Shown: positions 11,744-24,249, counted from the stretch's first letter. The stretch is DNA of 64,000 nucleotides from Octopus vulgaris (GCA_951406725.2 OX597835.1:22754001-22818000); one strand, 5' to 3'. Made by a program: numbers and translations. The notes: generated from the sequence alone by a model not told the origin.

Positions 11744-12017
11744 GATAAAATTCTTCTCAAAAAAAATTATTTTCTCAAAAAAATTTTATCAATGGCCAGC
11801 ATATTAAAAAATACCTTTAAAGGTTAAAATTATAAACAATTCATAAATGAGGGCAAAGGAAAAAAATTTCAATGCCAAATATGCCGAAAAATTGGACATA
11901 TTGTCCATTAACCATAGCGTGCGTATTGTGAAAAAAGTATAGGTTAATGGACAATATGTCCAATTTTTCGGCATATTTGGCATTGAAATTTTTTTCCTTT
12001 GCCCTCATTTATGAATT
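11741..12017. mobile_element. Tail plus perfect 76-bp inverted repeat island in (TA)n (Penelope-like terminus)
   Basis: Arms 11838-11913 and 11942-12017 are exact reverse complements around a 28-nt spacer. A 97-bp tail lies on the left, with (TA)n on both sides. Confidence 0.65.
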
Positions 12018-12393
12018 ATATATATATATATATTATTAAACTTTTAATACTTTTTGATAGTTTATAAAAAAAAATTTTTTAAATATATAAAAAAAAATAA
12101 ATATAAAAATATAAAAAATATAAAAATATGGAAAAATAAAAAATATAAATAAAAAAAATAATTAAATAAAATAATAATAAAAATATATATATATTTATAA
12201 TCTATAAGTCTAAATTATTAATTTAAATAATTTTTTAAAATTTTAACTTTAATTTAAATATTTTAATTGGATTTTTATATTTTATATTTTATATTTTTTT
12301 ATATATTTTTTAATTAATTTTATTTCTATGTATTGGCTTATGATTTTCACTGTTTGATTTGCTTAGTAGTGGTTTTATCTCTAATTTAATATA

Positions 12394-12458
<65 letters not shown>

Positions 12459-12459
12459 T

Positions 12460-13060
12460 ATGGTTCTGGGTTCAGTCCCACTGCATGGCACCTTGGGCAA
12501 GTGTCTTCTACTATAGCCTCAGGCCAACCAAAGCCTTGTGCGTGGATTTGGTAGATGGAAACTGAAAGAAGCCTGTTGTATATATATTTATATTGAAGTG
12601 ATTTTACTATTATTATTACTATTACCATTATATATATAGCCATGAAACACATGTTGTTATTCTACTATATATATATATATATATATGTTTATTTATTATT
12701 TTGCACATTACTTAATCATCGTTATATGTTTTATCTTATATTTAATCTTTCTATAAGATGTAATTTTTTAAAATGATATAATTTAATTTTTCATTATTGA
12801 ATTGATAAAAGGTGTTTTTTTTCTAATTTATATATATATATATATATGTATGTATATGTTTGTGTGTCTGTGTTTGTCCCCCCACCATTGCTTGACAACC
12901 GATGTTGGTGTGTTTATGTCCCCCGTAACTTAGCAGTTCGGCAAAAGAGTCTGATAGGATAAGTACTTGGCTTACAAAGAATAAGTCTTGGGGTCAATTT
13001 GTTCGACTAAAGGTGGTGCTCCAGCATGGCTGCAGTAAAATGACTGAAACAAATAATAGA
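12460..13060 (+). mobile_element. SINE family A, 5'-truncated and interrupted in its central microsatellite
   Basis: 5' part at 12460-12578 and 3' part at 12855-13060. Confidence 0.8.
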
Positions 13061-13133
13061 ATATATATATACACATACATACATATACATACATAAATGC
13101 ATACTTACATGCATACATACATACATACATACA

Positions 13134-13224
<91 letters not shown>

Positions 13225-13367
13225 CTTATATATGTATATATATATAAAATTTTCTCACTTCTATATTTTCCAGTTTAATGCTGGAAAATTCCAACCTTTG
13301 CACTACCAGCACCCAAAACGGAATGATAAACTTACAGGATACACTGACCGAGGGATCCTTATATATA

Positions 13368-13779
13368 TCTAATATATTTTATTTTAGAATCCAAGGGAAA
13401 TAACCCATTCGCCCCTAGAAGGGATCCTTATATATAGCCAAGGAAAATAGTATACATACCTTATTAGTATTTCCTCCTATGTTCTAAATACTCTGGGGAT
13501 GCATTAAAGCAGGGCTACTCTATTTGAATTCTTACTATCGGAGTAACTAATCACATGTTATTACATAACTGACTTCACAATTTGGGTATTCATAACTTAT
13601 TGGGAATTCTTAAAAACAAGATCCTCTGTAGGACAGTTTGGTATTCTCTGTAAATGCACAAAAACCATTTTAAGGGCTACATACTTTGTATTGTTGTTAT
13701 TGGATTAGCGAAACAATTATGAGAATGGAACCAAGGGATAAGCCCCACTTTCCCAGGAAATACCAGGTGCGTCAGCTAG
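13368..13779 (+). mobile_element. Decayed non-autonomous Helitron-like element
   Basis: A|TC start and CTAG|T end, preceded by a degenerate CCCAGG...CCAGG subterminal hairpin. Confidence 0.5.
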
Positions 13780-13790
13780 TATATACATAT

Positions 13791-13834
<44 letters not shown>

Positions 13835-13940
13835 ACACACATATCTATATATATATATATACATGTGTGTGTGTGTGTGTGTATCATCATTTCATGTAGC
13901 GTCCGCTTTCCATGCTAGCATGGGTTGGACTGCTAGCATG

Positions 13941-14002
<62 letters not shown>

Positions 14003-14159
14003 TTGTTGGTGTTAGGAAGGGCATCCAGCTGTAGAAACTCTGCCAGATCAAGATTGGAGCCTGGTGCAGCCATGTGGTTCGCCAGTCCTCAGTCAAATCG
14101 TCCAACCCATGCTAGCATGGAAAGCAGACGTTAAACGATGAAAATGATGATGATGATGG

Positions 14160-14198
<39 letters not shown>

Positions 14199-14289
14199 GT
14201 AATATATATTTCTATATATGATCAGCGAGGATACTTATAAGAACTTGGAGTATAAACAGAGAGCAACCTCAGCACCACAACGTAATGGT

Positions 14290-14680
14290 TATTCTCCGCT
14301 TCTGCATTTGCTGTCTTCTATAATTGTACAGCTTCTTCTCCTTTCTGTGCTAAACCACTCTATCATATCCATTATTTGTTTACTTAGTGGAAATTAACTT
14401 CCATGTAGCTGGAAATGCTCCGTCATTGTTTCCTGTGATGAAACATATGTAATCTGTTCAATGAGAGATGTGGTTTCTATATTTAACCTCAGCTGTCTTT
14501 TGTATGAATAACATTCTATGTTATTTTAGCAACAACCGTCATACCACATTGGAAGAAAGTACTTTAATGACATTTTGTGTGGAGTTGCTGATCACATGTT
14601 TAATATCTTCTGTGTAATAATAACTGACATTTTCAGTTAAGTCTTGGAGGTTTTTGAGCTTCACTGGCTCTTTTGTTCAT
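14290..14680 (-). pseudogene. Decayed RLE-type (R4/Dong-like) non-LTR retrotransposon fragment
   Basis: Frameshifted minus-strand pieces TEDIKHVISNS / MSLKYFLPMWYD / VVAKI / SCTIIEDS resemble the zinc knuckle (EDIxHIISxC..RHDVVAK) and RLE regions. Recognised by eye. Confidence 0.55.
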
Positions 14681-14687
14681 TAGATAT

Positions 14688-15115
14688 TCTCTTTACTCTT
14701 TACTCTTTACTCGTTACTCTTTTACTTGTTTCAGTCATTTGACTGCAGCCATGCTGGAGCACCGCCTTTAGTCGAGCAAATACGACCCCGGGACTTATTC
14801 TTTTGTAAGCCCAGTACTTATTCTATTGGTCTCTTTTGCCGAACCGCTAAGTGACGGGGACGTAAACACACCAGCATCGGTTGTCAAGCAATGCTAGGGG
14901 GACAAACACAGACACACAAACACACACACGCATATATATATATATACACATATATACAACGGGCTTCTTTCAGTTTCTGTCTACCAAATCCACTCACAAG
15001 GCATTGGTCGGCCCAAGGCTATAGCAGAAGACACTTGCCCAAGATGCCATGCAGTGGGACTGAACCCGGAACCATGTGGTTGGTTAGCAAGCTACTTACC
15101 TCACAACCACTCCTA
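14688..15115 (-). mobile_element. SINE family A, full length
   Basis: Near-identical to 4-419. Confidence 0.9.
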
Positions 15116-15157
15116 TGCCCTGCAACTATTTTTTTTTCCTCTTGGTTTACCAAAAAA

Positions 15158-15752
15158 ATCATAACATTCAAAATTTATAATTTGTATATATTTATTTTAT
15201 TATAAATGCAAAACAACACCATGGTGGAATCGAGGTAAGCTTAAATGATAAACCGTGATATGGCAAGGGATTACTGTATATGTTCTGTTCAATCTAAGCT
15301 GATCAGGGGAGGAGGGGTAGATGAGGTCAGCCTCTATTCCTCTGAGCCAGCTGGTGCCAAGCACCCTCCACTTAAGTACTCTTGACTCACCCCTCTCTCT
15401 TCCTTTCACCATTCAAGTTATATCCAACCCTTTAAGGTCTCTACACTGACTACTATCATAACATTCAAATTTTATAATTTGTATATATTCATTTTAAAAT
15501 AAATGCAAAACAACTCCATGGAGGAATCGATGTAAGCTTAAATAATAAACCGTGATATGGCAAGGGATTACTGTATATGTTCTGTTCAGTCAAAGCTGAT
15601 CAGGGGAGGAGGGGGTAGATGAGGTCAGCCTCTATTCCTCTGAGCCAGCTGGTGCCAAGCACCCTCCACTTAAGTACTCTTGACTCACCCCTCTCTCTTC
15701 CTTTCACCATTCAAGTTATATCCAACCCTCTAAGGTCTCTACACTGACTACT
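15158..15752. repeat. Tandem duplication, 2 x about 297 bp
   Basis: 15158-15454 and 15455-15752 are near-identical. Downstream 16141-16210 resembles the Helitron interior at 28686-28760. Confidence 0.9.
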
Positions 15753-16676
15753 ATACTCAGCTTTTCTCCCCAGATTATTGGTCCTCTAGAATCTCCAAAA
15801 ACGTTTTTCCTGCAGGTGTCCACCCTACCATCTTAAAGGTTATATTTGTTCAGAGGAATCATTGCATGATCATGACTACAATACTTTACATGTGTCCTGT
15901 TCGGTCAAAGCTGATTTTTGGAGATTCTGGGGGACCAATATTCAACCGATTCTGATGAAACTTGACACACACATAGCCCAATGTCATAATTCAAAACTAA
16001 CGCAGCGAAAATTTTGAAAAATTCCCCCAGTTCTGAAAAAAAAATCGATAAATTCGACATGGGGTCAGAATCAGAAACCTAAACCACAGACTGGTCTAGG
16101 GGCTGCAACTCTCCACCTTTTTTTCGCTCACTCTCAAAAAAATTTACCATCATTTTTTTTGACTACATTTTTTCTGCTATTTTTTGGCTAAAATCTCTAA
16201 AAATGCTTTATCCTGCAGGTGTTCACTTGCAACAGTTTAACCCTTTTTGATGCCAACTGACCCCAAATCATCCCTGAATCGATGATACAAATTTCCTATC
16301 AAAACTTACCAGCAAAATTTCTTCTCTTTTACATGTTTCAGTCATTTGACTGCAGCCATGCTGGAGCACCACCTTTAGTGGAGCAAATCAACTCCAGGTG
16401 TTGTAAGCCTAGTACTTATTCTGTTGGTCTTTTGCCGAACCACTAAGTGTTAGGAACATAAACACACCAACACTGGGGACAAACACTGACACAAAGACAC
16501 ACCCACACACACATAATATATATATATGGCACTTTGGGCAAGTGTGCACTCTTGGAGTGGTTGGCGTTAGGAAGGGCATCCAGCAGTAGAAAACAACGCC
16601 AAATCAGACTGGAGTCTGGTGCAGCCCAACCAAACCATCCAACCCATGCCGGCATGGACAACAGACATATAAATGA

Positions 16677-16732
<56 letters not shown>

Positions 16733-16737
16733 ATGTA

Positions 16738-16814
<77 letters not shown>

Positions 16815-17482
16815 ACATATACATTAGTTCATAGATGAGAATCAGATATTCTCTGTATAGAATACACTTTGTAATACTCAAGAGGGGTAAATGTAAGGAT
16901 AAGCACATTAGGCAGGTCAATAAGCAAAGTATATTTAAAACATTAAATACAAAAAAAATTATAAAAATGTATATAGGCATGCACACACACACACACACAC
17001 ATACATACATACACACACATTATTTGTTGGATTCTTTTGAATCAAAGTATTTTGATATAAGGACACCAAGTTAGGGTCGAGATTAGCATACTTATGTATA
17101 TATTGTATATGGACACTCATGCATGCATCAATGCACATACAGACGTGTCCTAACACTTACATATACTTACACATAAACAAATCAATACACACGTGTATAT
17201 GTTATATACAAGTGTATGAAATTATATATGCATGCATGAACATCGAAATAAATATCAAATGGAAATAGTAGTTGTGATACCTGTGCCGGTGGCACGTAAA
17301 AAGCACCATCCGAGCGTGGCCGATGCCATAACACGTTACCAGGAACTGAACTCATGATCTTACGATCGTGAGCCGAATGCCCTAACCTCTAAACCATGCA
17401 CCTTCACAGTGGTCACATAAAGAAAGAACAGAAATGAGTCAAGTTTCACTACAGCTGTTTCAGATGCATTTTTTTTTATTGA

Positions 17483-17615
<133 letters not shown>

Positions 17616-17630
17616 GTATATGTCTATAAT

Positions 17631-17820
17631 CGGTGGACCTGCGCGAGCGGAAACGACGACCCAGAAGGCCTCCATGATGGTAGAGTTACAATTTCAGGAG
17701 GACAATTGGGATCACGTGGACGAGAAAGGCACGATCCAGAGAGGAGTGGATAGCATGCTGTGACCAGCGGTGTCAAATGGACGCCCGACAGACTGGTCGA
17801 TCAAGGTGATCAAGGTGATA
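17631..17820 (+). pseudogene. 3' end of a second RTE-clade LINE
   Basis: Reads [12 protein letters not shown]...[15 protein letters not shown] (RTE C-terminal R-GRP-W motif) and ends in (CAAGGTGAT)x2. Confidence 0.6.
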
Positions 17821-17826
17821 TGTATA

Positions 17827-19278
17827 TCATCATCATCATCATCATCGTTTAACGTCCGTTTTCCATGCTAGCATGGGTTGGACGGTTCAACTGGGGTCTC
17901 GGAAGCCAGGAGGCTGCGCCAGGCCCAGTCTGATGGCAGTGTTTCTACAGCTGGATGCCCTTCCTAACGCCAACCACTCTGAGAGTGTAGTGGGTGCTTT
18001 TTATGTGCCACCTGCTCAGGTTCCAGACGAGGCTGGCAAACGGCCACGATCGGATGGTGCTTTTTACGTGCCACCGGCACGGGGGCCAGACGAGGCTGGC
18101 AACAGCCACAATCGGATGGTGCCACTGACACTGGTATCTCAGCTACAATTTCCATTGATGTTAAGAGATTTCGATTTCGATTTTGATTTTCAATTTGATT
18201 TTCACTTGCCTCAACAGGTCTTCACAAGTAGGGTATGTGTCAAAAGAAGGAACGGTATGTATAAGTGGGCTGGCTACGTCCCAGGTAGCGGCCACGGGTA
18301 TGGTCTCACTTGTCCTGCCGGGTCTTCCAACACACAGCATACTTCCAAAGGTCTCGGTCTCTGGTCATTTCCTCGGTGAGACCTAAAGTTCGAAGGTCGT
18401 GCTTCACCACCTCGTCCCAGGTTTTGCTGGGTCTACCTCTTCCACATGTTCCCTCAACTGCCAGGGTGTGACACTTTTTCACACAACTATCTTCATCCAT
18501 TCTCGCTACATGACCATACCAGCGCAAACATCTCTCTTGCACACCACAACTGATACTTCTTAGGTCCAACTTTTCTCTCAGGGTACTTACAATCTGTCAA
18601 GTATGAACACTGACATTACACATCCATCGGAGTATACTGGCTTCATTTCTTGCGAGCTTACGCATATCCTCAGCAGTCACGGCCCATGTTTCACTGCCAT
18701 GTAGCATTGCTGTTCGTACACACGCGTCATACAGTCTGCCTTTTACTCTCAGCGAGAGGCCTTTCGTCACCAGCAGGGGTAAGAGCTCTCTGAACTTTGC
18801 CCAGGCTATTCTTACTCTAGCAGTTACACATTCAGCACACCCGCCCCCGCTACTGACTTGGTTGCCTAGGTAACGGAAGCTATCAACTACTTCTAGTTTT
18901 TCTCCCTGGAATGTGGTGGAAGTTGGTCTCTGAGCATTTTCAGTGTTTATTGCTCCTGAGCATCTGCCACATACAAAGACTATCTTCCCAGTTAGCCTTC
19001 CTTTGACATTGCTGCACCTCTTATGTGTCCATAGCTTACACTTGGTGCATCTTATAGAGTTTCTACCTACACCTTTTCTACAGATCAAGCAGGGCCATCT
19101 ACCTGAATGAGTTTGTGATTTGCCTGCCTTCCTACATATTAATACTTTGGTTTTAGCTAGCTGGATTTTAAGGCCCTTTGATTCTAATCCTTGTCTCCAC
19201 ACTTGAAACTTTGCCTCTAGTTCTGATAGTGACTCAGCAATTAGAGCAAGGTCATCTGCGTATAGGAGCTCCCAGGGT
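17827..19278 (-). mobile_element. 5'-truncated RTE-clade LINE with about 480-bp 3' UTR and (GAT)n tail
   Basis: An RT ORF remnant is followed by a UTR that is present in many standalone copies. Confidence 0.93.
18306..19277 (-). pseudogene. RTE reverse transcriptase C-terminal half with an inserted PHD-like zinc finger
   Basis: One frame reads PWELLYADDLAL...KTK...C4HC3 finger...FRYLG...HGSETW...RLRWYGHV-like...GRGRP. A single in-frame TGA at 18597-18599 is probably CGA decay. Confidence 0.92.
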
Positions 19279-19282
19279 CATG

Positions 19283-19316
<34 letters not shown>

Positions 19317-19341
19317 CGTGTGTGTATATATATATATAAGG

Positions 19342-19527
19342 TAGTGCTTTGCAACCTTTTTCACCTGCGGTACACTTATATTCTTTTCAAAATTTGGTGG
19401 CACACCTGAACTAAAAATATAATTAAATGTATAGGGAAAAAAATTGTATTCAGGTTGCAACTGCGGCACGCCTAGCGTCGTCTCGTGGCAGACCAGTGTG
19501 TTGTGGAATACCGGTTGTGGGGCACTG
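19342..19527. mobile_element. hAT-like MITE
   Basis: Imperfect TIRs TAGTGCTTTGCAACC / GGTTGTGGGGCACTG. TSD is not clear. Confidence 0.55.
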
Positions 19528-19756
19528 ATGTATATTGAGATTATATAAATTGTATAAACACTCTCACAGCAGACATACATTCATACGCCTCCTGCAATTC
19601 AATACGCTGTATAAGTATATCCATAAATATGTCCTTATATACAGACGCACTCCATACACGTCAAAACACACTGTACAAATAACACACATAAAAGAATATA
19701 ATAATATTTGACGTTACAGACTGCCCATTGATGAAAAGATTAGGTCTGCTGAAGAT

Positions 19757-19936
19757 AGTATGGTGGTGGTGGGGGAGTTTATGGTAGTTACTGGAGTAGT
19801 GGTGCTGGTGTCTTTGTAGTAATTGCAGTGATGGTGGTGGTGATAGTGGATTTGTAATATTTGCATTACTGATAGTTGTGGTTGTGCATTGTTGTTGGTA
19901 ATGGTGCTGTTGGTAGTGGTGGTCCAGTGTTGGCGA

Positions 19937-19975
<39 letters not shown>

Positions 19976-20630
19976 CAGTAGTAGTAGTAGTAGTAGTAGA
20001 ATTATTGGCGACGGTAGTTGTGGTATTGTATTGACAATAGTAGGTGGTAGTGGTAGAGGTGGTGATAGTAGTGGTGGTAGTAGTGGTGGGGTGGAATTAT
20101 TGGCGACAATAATAGTGGTAGTATTGTATTGGTAGTAGTAGGTGTTAGCTGTGGTTGTAGTTACTGTGATAGTAGTGGCAGTGGTCATAGTTATCGTGGT
20201 TGCAGTGGTGGTGACAGTTGTGGATTGTTGTTGTTGTGGTGGTGGTAATAATAGTGTGTTGTACTGGTAGTGGCAGTTGTAGTGGTAACGGTAGTTTGTA
20301 GTGGCGGTAGTCGTAGTAGTGGTGATGGTAGTACAAAAAAGTGGACTGTAGTGGCGGTGGTAGTAGGTGTGGTAGTAATGGTGATGGTAGCACCAAAGGT
20401 GTGTCGTAGTAGGTGTGGCTGCAATGATAGTGGTGAGTAGCACTAATGATATGTTGTAGTGGCGGTTGTAGTTGTGTGGCAGCAGTAGTGGTGATGGTAG
20501 TAGTACTAGTGGTGGGTTGTAGTGGCGGTGGTAGTAGGTGTGTGGTAAGTGTCGGTTGCAGTAAAAGTGACAGTGGTGGCAGGAGAGTTGTAGTGGCGGT
20601 GATAGTAGTGACATTAATAATAGTGTTGTT
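19757..20630. repeat. Degenerate (GTA/GTG/GTT)n trinucleotide low-complexity block
   Basis: Directly visible. It explains the 346-aa ORF. Confidence 0.9.
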
Positions 20631-21434
20631 GTTTCAGAGTTGATATGACTGAACTTATAATTAGAAGCGTTCCAGTCGTGACCACACCTCCTAGACAACA
20701 CTATGAAATGAAAATGAGGGTTTATCCGAGGCGTGGTTATTAAACGAAAAGTGACCTTTATCTAAGGTGGTGAGGAAACGTTTGAAGGTGATTTAACTGT
20801 TATTTCTAGTATTTCGAGCGATCTCATTAGTGGCTCCCTCATTGGCTTGTAGTAGTTTTGTTTAGCCCCAGGTCGGCTGTCATCGAGCCGACGACCTATG
20901 GGTGAAAGGCAATGATCGTTCCATCCTTGGCTTTGATTTTTTAAAAAAGTATTGTGGAGTCCAGTTTTACATTAAAAATCATATCTTTATTTTTTAAAGA
21001 TGCTGGGTTGTAATTTGAGGGAGGTTTGGCTGCTATTTCTAGCAGGTCGGCAAACCATACAGGTCTTACTATTCACCTTGTGATCCGCGAATTGTTTCAT
21101 GTCCAACATGTAGGAGGGAAACACATGCATTTATACATATACACATACACTCGAATATACACATGGACACTCACACACAAACATTCATTATCGATCCTAG
21201 TTATTCATTAAACATCCCGCCTCCCACTTTCTCTATTTCTATACCTCTGTCTTTCCCCTCTTTCTATGTTTCTTCCACTTCCTCCCCCCCATCCTGCTAT
21301 TTCTAATGTATTCTCCCCCTTCTACTTTTACTTTCTCTTACTTTCCATCTCTCCCTCGCCCTCTTTTTCTCTCCCTCTCTCTCGTTTATACTTACTTTTC
21401 TCCCACCTCCACTTTCATCTACCTTTTATATCAG

Positions 21435-21472
<38 letters not shown>

Positions 21473-21769
21473 GTTTTCTTTTCAACACCTCTCTTATTCA
21501 TATTTAGTCTTTCTTTTACTCTACTGTTTCTACCTTTCTTCTCCCCCCTCTCTATACAAACATATACGTTCTTTCCTTCTGTATCTTTTTCATTTTCTCA
21601 TCTCTCAATAAGTGTATATATGTACACACACACACACACACACGTGTCTCTTGTTTGTCTCATTTTTTTTAATTTTCAGTTCTCTCTCTCTCTCTCATTC
21701 ATATTCACGTTTTTTTTCCCCTCTGGTTCCAACTCCCTTTTTCTTTCCCCCTTCCCACCTCTACCTATC

Positions 21770-21866
<97 letters not shown>

Positions 21867-22832
21867 GTCTGTCTATCTAAAAATTAATTAAATCTATCTG
21901 TCTGTCTGTCTCTATCTTGACTACTTCCTATTTCGACCTTTCACCGTTGGAAGGTGTCAGAAAAATCAACAGAAATCCGACGTAAACTATCTGTTTGTGT
22001 GTTTGTCCGTCTGTCTGAATATTTATATAATATACGCATGTACAGCAGTGTTTACATATTCGAGTGTTTCAATGTGAGGTACCTATCTCCGCTTCGTACA
22101 TGAATGTATAAGTAAGGGTGTATATGAATATGCGTGTAGTTAACTAAATGAATGCCAGTGTATGTGAGTTGTGTGTGTGTGTGTGTCTGTGTGTGTGCGT
22201 GCGTGTGTGAGTTTGTCACGTGTGTGTGTATAGTGGGGAGGGGCAATTACTTTAGTGTGTGTATGTATGTATGTATGTGTATGTATGCGCGTGTGTGAGT
22301 GTAAAACTTGGTAAATTGATAGAAGAAAGGAGCCAGTAGCATTATTTACCGAAATTCTTCGAAATATCCGTAAATAGCTTTCTGGAATACTGAAAACGCA
22401 CAAAAGTGTGTGTTAGTACGGAGATGGTGGTGGTGGTGGAGTGTGTTTGCGAGCGCGCGTGTGTTGTGTGTGTATGTGTGTTTCTATATCCGATATGTTT
22501 GTAGATATGTGTGTGTGTTTATGTTTCATTCAGTATATTAAAGCTGTTGTATTGTATTGTAGAAATTGTTTCAGTGTATTTATATAATGATTAACAGAAT
22601 TACTGGAGCATTGTTTCTTCTGGTTCTTTATGCAGTGAGTTCAGATCCCGCCAAAGTCGGCAATATTTTTCACCCTTTCGCATCCGATGGTGGTGTATTG
22701 GCGGAATTGTCCACATTTTATACCCGTGATCAACTCGAACCAACAGAGGTCATACATACATACATACATACATACACACATACATACATACATACATACA
22801 TACATACATACATACATACATACATACATACA

Positions 22833-22883
<51 letters not shown>

Positions 22884-22887
<4 letters not shown>

Positions 22888-23187
22888 TATATATCCATCA
22901 CGGCTGGTCTTACCAATCAGTTACATGCAAAGAATACAATGGAGTGTTAGGTAACAATCCGATTATATAACCTTACGCTCATCAGCGTTAACCGATATGG
23001 AAGGGAATTGGAAGAAAGAGCCACAGAGTACAGCATAAAGTGGAAGAATAATTTTTATAAGAAGATATTCACTTCCATATCGCTTCTGATGAGCGTAAGG
23101 TTATATAATCGGATTGTTACCCAACACTCCATGTATTCCTTGTGCGAAACCGATTGGTAATATCAGCCGGTGATGGATATATAATAC
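22884..23187. mobile_element. Inverted-repeat island (about 120-bp arms) carrying hammerhead motifs on both arms
   Basis: Arms are about 22884-23009 and 23066-23187. Each arm carries CTGATGA pointing outward. The left copy has GAAA mutated to GTAA. Confidence 0.75.
23075..23176 (+). ncRNA. Type I hammerhead ribozyme with long stem II
   Basis: CUGAUGA at 23086-92, stem II GCGUAAGG/CCUUGUGC (8 bp, extending inward), GAAA at 23146-49, stem III ACCGAUUGGU and GUA at 23157-59. Stem I is bulged (CCAUAUCG/CGGUgAUGG). Confidence 0.75.
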
Positions 23188-23538
23188 TACATATTTTGAA
23201 TAATATACCCACTATATTGGTAGATATACGAGTGCATCTTTTCCATGACTTATGGTCTCCTCCTGCACGTATATATATTCCAACTCAGTGTTGCAAATAT
23301 TGTCGGTGCAGCGGAAACACGTGTAGGTCATTATAATATGCTGTATATAACTATAAAATAAATTTTGTGGATGTACAAGTCTCCATACTCTTTATTATTA
23401 TTTTTACTGCCCAATGAAGAGAACACCGACAGAATTCACGGAATGGCAAACAATTAAATGTAAGATACTCATCGTTATGGTTAGCCGTTAACTGGAACTT
23501 AGCTGAGAGCTAATACAGTATCCACCCGGATAATATAT

Positions 23539-23612
<74 letters not shown>

Positions 23613-23614
23613 GG

Positions 23615-23800
23615 AGAATTCACAAAAAAAAAAAAAGACGAAGACAGGTGGGGTAGACAACAAACAAACAAATAGATGTATTAGTATAACGCTCGTGAAG
23701 TGAAAAAGCCTTTAACGTTTCGAGCCTACGCTCTTCTACAGGAATGAACACAGAAAGAAACAAGGAGAGAAAATAAAGAATGTGTAGTGGTTAGCGAACG
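23615..23800 (-). mobile_element. Dispersed Penelope-like terminal repeat with a hammerhead-like motif (23709-23745)
   Basis: Reverse complement of 33040-33197 and 44560-44760, abutting (TA)n(GA)n. Confidence 0.6.
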
Positions 23801-24005
23801 AAATATATATATTCAAATATAAATATAAATATATATATATATACATATCGTTTTTTGGATGTGGTTTTTGCAAAATTCTTTATGAGAGTTCGTGTGCTGA
23901 AGCATATTCTGTTGTGTCTGGGGAGAGTCATTTTCTTATGATTTAACACACACACACACATATGTATATATGTATGTATGAAACGAAGTGTACAGTATCA
24001 TACAT

Positions 24006-24108
24006 CCATAACGGCTGATCTTACCAAACAGTTTCGCACTAGGGTACAACGGAGTGTTAAGTAGCAGTCCGATTATGTAACCCTGCGCTCATCAGAGGTA
24101 CCTATATG
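24006..24108 (-). ncRNA. Type I hammerhead ribozyme, diverged paralog of 23075-23176
   Basis: Minus strand: CU CUGAUGA GCGCAGGGU...ACCCUaGUGC GAAA CUGUUUG GUA AG. Stem II shows a compensatory change relative to the 23-kb copy. Confidence 0.72.
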
Positions 24109-24249
24109 TGTGTGTGTGGTCAATTCAAGGATGTCATATCTTCATTAGAGATTAATAAATCCAAAATTTCACTGGTTTAGTCTTAGAAAATCTTCACGAT
24201 GTGTTATGGATTATTATAATTATATAAATGAAGAGTTGAGGCTGTATAG

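Noticed and set aside
15953-15965. CTGATGAAAC
   Set aside because: The boxes overlap with no stem II, and it lies in a Helitron-like interior.
19661-20701. 346-aa ORF, the longest in the window
   Set aside because: Product of a degenerate trinucleotide block with poly-T/L/H/P runs, open in several frames and with no domain.
23310-23332. GAAACACGTGTAGGTCA, resembling a hammerhead 3' half
   Set aside because: No upstream CUGANGA-like box or stem I partner was found.
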